Shown piece by piece: positions 30,674-32,000 of a stretch of 32,000 nt of DNA. This DNA comes from Candidatus Saccharimonadota bacterium. Its GTDB lineage: Bacteria > Patescibacteriota > Gracilibacteria > UBA4473. Every line of letters begins with the position of its first letter. The first letter of the stretch is position 1. The notes below the pieces were generated by a model. It searched no databases, was not told the origin of the DNA, and was given only the letters and a program-made list of their open reading frames with translations. The DNA lies in contig JACKFV010000001.1 of assembly GCA_020632335.1 (NCBI GenBank), positions 1 through 32,000 on the forward strand, in the 5' to 3' direction. The translations under genes were made by a program, and so were the position numbers.

Positions 30674-30685
30674 GAAGACTCACAA
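30658..30685 (-). promoter_or_regulatory. predicted murB promoter (TTGTGA-16-TATAGT); the -10 ends 6 nt before the ATG, so leaderless
   Basis: Minus strand: TTGTGA (30685..30680), 16-nt spacer, TATAGT (30663..30658), then ctgtct and ATG (30651). Confidence 0.55.
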
Positions 30686-30696
30686 GCAAACCACTA

Positions 30697-31275
30697 ATGA
30701 CTACTACCCCACTGTCCCCCGAAAAGATCGTGTATCACGGCCGCATTGTGTGCGTGAAGCAGCAGGAGTTCCGGGCAGGCGACACCGTCAAAGTATTCGA
30801 GCGTGCAGAGAGGGCCCCCGGCGTGCGAATGATCATTACTGATGGGCAGCGGATCCTCCTTACCCATGAGTACCGCCATGAGCTCGAGCGCTATGATTAT
30901 CGCCTCCCAGGAGGGAAGGTGGTAGATTCTCTGGAAGAATACCTCGAGATCTCGGGAGATATGACAGCGTATGCCGAGGAAGCCGTACGCCGTGAAGCAC
31001 GAGAAGAAGCGGGCGTAGATGTCCAGTCACTGCGGTTACTAGGGGTGAGCCACTGCGGCGCTACCATGGTATGGGATCTCTACTACTATGTGGTGGAGCA
31101 GTTCCAGCAACTACCACACCAGCAGTTAGAAGCGGGAGAGTCCATAACCGTACAGTGGTTTTCCATTGACGAAGTGTACGCCATGTGTATGAATGGGGCT
31201 GTAAGTGAAGAACGAAGTGCACTCGTGCTCTTACGCTTTATCCCTACTCTCTCCTCTCATGAACCTCTGGACTGA
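30697..31275 (+). CDS. Nudix hydrolase (ADP-ribose pyrophosphatase-like)
   Basis: 192 aa. The Nudix box is LPGGKVV...AEEAVRREAREEAGV (GX5EX7REUXEEXGU). Confidence 0.8.
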   Translation: MTTTPLSPEKIVYHGRIVCVKQQEFRAGDTVKVFERAERAPGVRMIITDGQRILLTHEYRHELERYDYRLPGGKVVDSLEEYLEISGDMTAYAEEAVRREAREEAGVDVQSLRLLGVSHCGATMVWDLYYYVVEQFQQLPHQQLEAGESITVQWFSIDEVYAMCMNGAVSEERSALVLLRFIPTLSSHEPLD

Positions 31276-31795
31276 TATTCCCCTCCGCGGTAAGAAAAAT
31301 AATACCTTCCACGCGGTGGTGGAAATCCCCAAGGGGAGCTTTGTAAAGTATGAGTACGACCATGACCTGGGCACTATGATGCACGACCGCACGCTGCGCG
31401 TACCCATGGGCTACCCCCACAACTACGGGTTCTTCCCCCAGACGTGGAATCAGTACGACCAGGACCCCATGGACGTGCTGATCATTACCCCCTATGCCAT
31501 CAACCAGGGAGTGACGGTGCCCGTGCGCGTGGTGGGGATGCTGGAGATGGACGACAGCGGCGAGCTGGACCACAAGATCATCGCTGTACCGGCTAGTGAC
31601 GCCAGCTGTGATGGTATTCAGGACCTAGAGGACATCCCCTCAGAGCGCCGAGGACGGCTAGAGTGGTTCATAGCCAACTACAAGGCGCGCAAGGGCGGCA
31701 ACGCCAAGGTGACGATCCTCGGGTGGAAGGGGGCGGCGGCGGCGCTGGAATTCCTGGAAGAGTGCAGCGCGGCGTACGAAAAGCGCTCCCACTAG
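31259..31795 (+). CDS. ppa: inorganic pyrophosphatase, family I
   Basis: The ORF was trimmed to ATG 31259 (MNLWTDIP...), giving 178 aa. It has HAVVEIPKGSFVKYEYD, YPHNYGFFPQT and DQDPMDVLII motifs. It overlaps the Nudix 3' end by 17 nt. Confidence 0.9.
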   Translation: MNLWTDIPLRGKKNNTFHAVVEIPKGSFVKYEYDHDLGTMMHDRTLRVPMGYPHNYGFFPQTWNQYDQDPMDVLIITPYAINQGVTVPVRVVGMLEMDDSGELDHKIIAVPASDASCDGIQDLEDIPSERRGRLEWFIANYKARKGGNAKVTILGWKGAAAALEFLEECSAAYEKRSH

Positions 31796-32000
31796 GGGCG
31801 AGAGGTCACGAGCGTCGGCCAGAGGATGGTGCTGTTTTGGCTCGTGATGCAGCCCCCGGGGTAGCCGTAGCTGCCGTTGGGCAGGACCTCCGTAGCGTAG
31901 GTGCACTCGCTGCCACCCGGGCGATACCGCCTCAGGCGACTGAGATCATACGCGGCGCTGACGGCCTCAGCCTCTTGCCCGTCCCACACGGTACCGGTGA
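31792..32000 (-). CDS. C-terminal fragment of an unidentified protein (runs out of the window)
   Basis: The frame is open from the window edge to TAG at 31792-31794, and the GTG at 31989 is only the first start-like codon. The C-terminus has two Cys 17 residues apart (CTYATEVLPNGSYGYPGGC). There is not enough sequence to assign a family. Confidence 0.3.
   Translation of the reverse strand, partial: TGTVWDGQEAEAVSAAYDLSRLRRYRPGGSECTYATEVLPNGSYGYPGGCITSQNSTILWPTLVTSRP

Noticed and set aside
1-32000. CRISPR arrays, IS elements, integrases, a reverse transcriptase/DGR, and an alternative genetic code (UGA recoding).
   Set aside because: No regularly spaced repeats, terminal inverted repeats, DDE/tyrosine-recombinase motifs or RT motifs were seen. 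TGA works as a stop at well-defined gene ends and in ATGA overlaps (10019, 10465, 28327), so the standard code fits.

Overview
This is a gene-dense 32-kb window with about 38 protein genes and one tRNA. I saw no rRNA, CRISPR array, transposase or integrase. The background is GC-rich: 60-nt lines I counted by hand are about 60-65% GC. TGA stops and ATGA overlaps fit the standard genetic code.

Housekeeping genes: tRNA-Glu(UUC), rseP, xth, lgt, murF (with a hydrophobic N-terminal extension), flavodoxin, an ABM-like protein, an ftsE-like ABC ATPase, rsmA, a polyprenyl-phosphate sugar transferase, an FNR-like reductase, murB, a Nudix hydrolase and ppa.

Accessory and cell-surface content:
- a small operon with a prepilin-type pilin and a PilX-like protein (9120-11002);
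- three tandem genes for signal-peptide proteins ending in a two-TM hairpin, two of which share a near-identical 100-aa C-terminal module behind unrelated ectodomains (11797-13681);
- a 624-aa secreted beta-rich protein;
- a 1338-aa acidic coiled-coil ORFan plus a 409-aa ORFan (17168-22435);
- a divergently transcribed 780-aa LamG/Calx-beta-like surface protein.

Three blocks are clearly AT-richer than the background: the SSS transporter (1304-2925), the 409-aa gene plus the 3' third of the giant gene (17168 to about 19950), and a 0.6-kb orphan cassette (29035-29619).

The most general signal is a recurrent TTGnnn-16/18-TAnnnT promoter whose -10 hexamer ends 5-9 nt (usually exactly 6 nt) before the ATG of 12 genes. 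No Shine-Dalgarno motif appears at any start I inspected, which implies widespread leaderless expression.

The lineage is only an inference. The membrane-anchored MurF, pilin-like genes and many large secreted ORFans resemble uncultivated small-genome bacteria (CPR/Patescibacteria-like). All family calls rest on motif recognition by eye; no searches were run.
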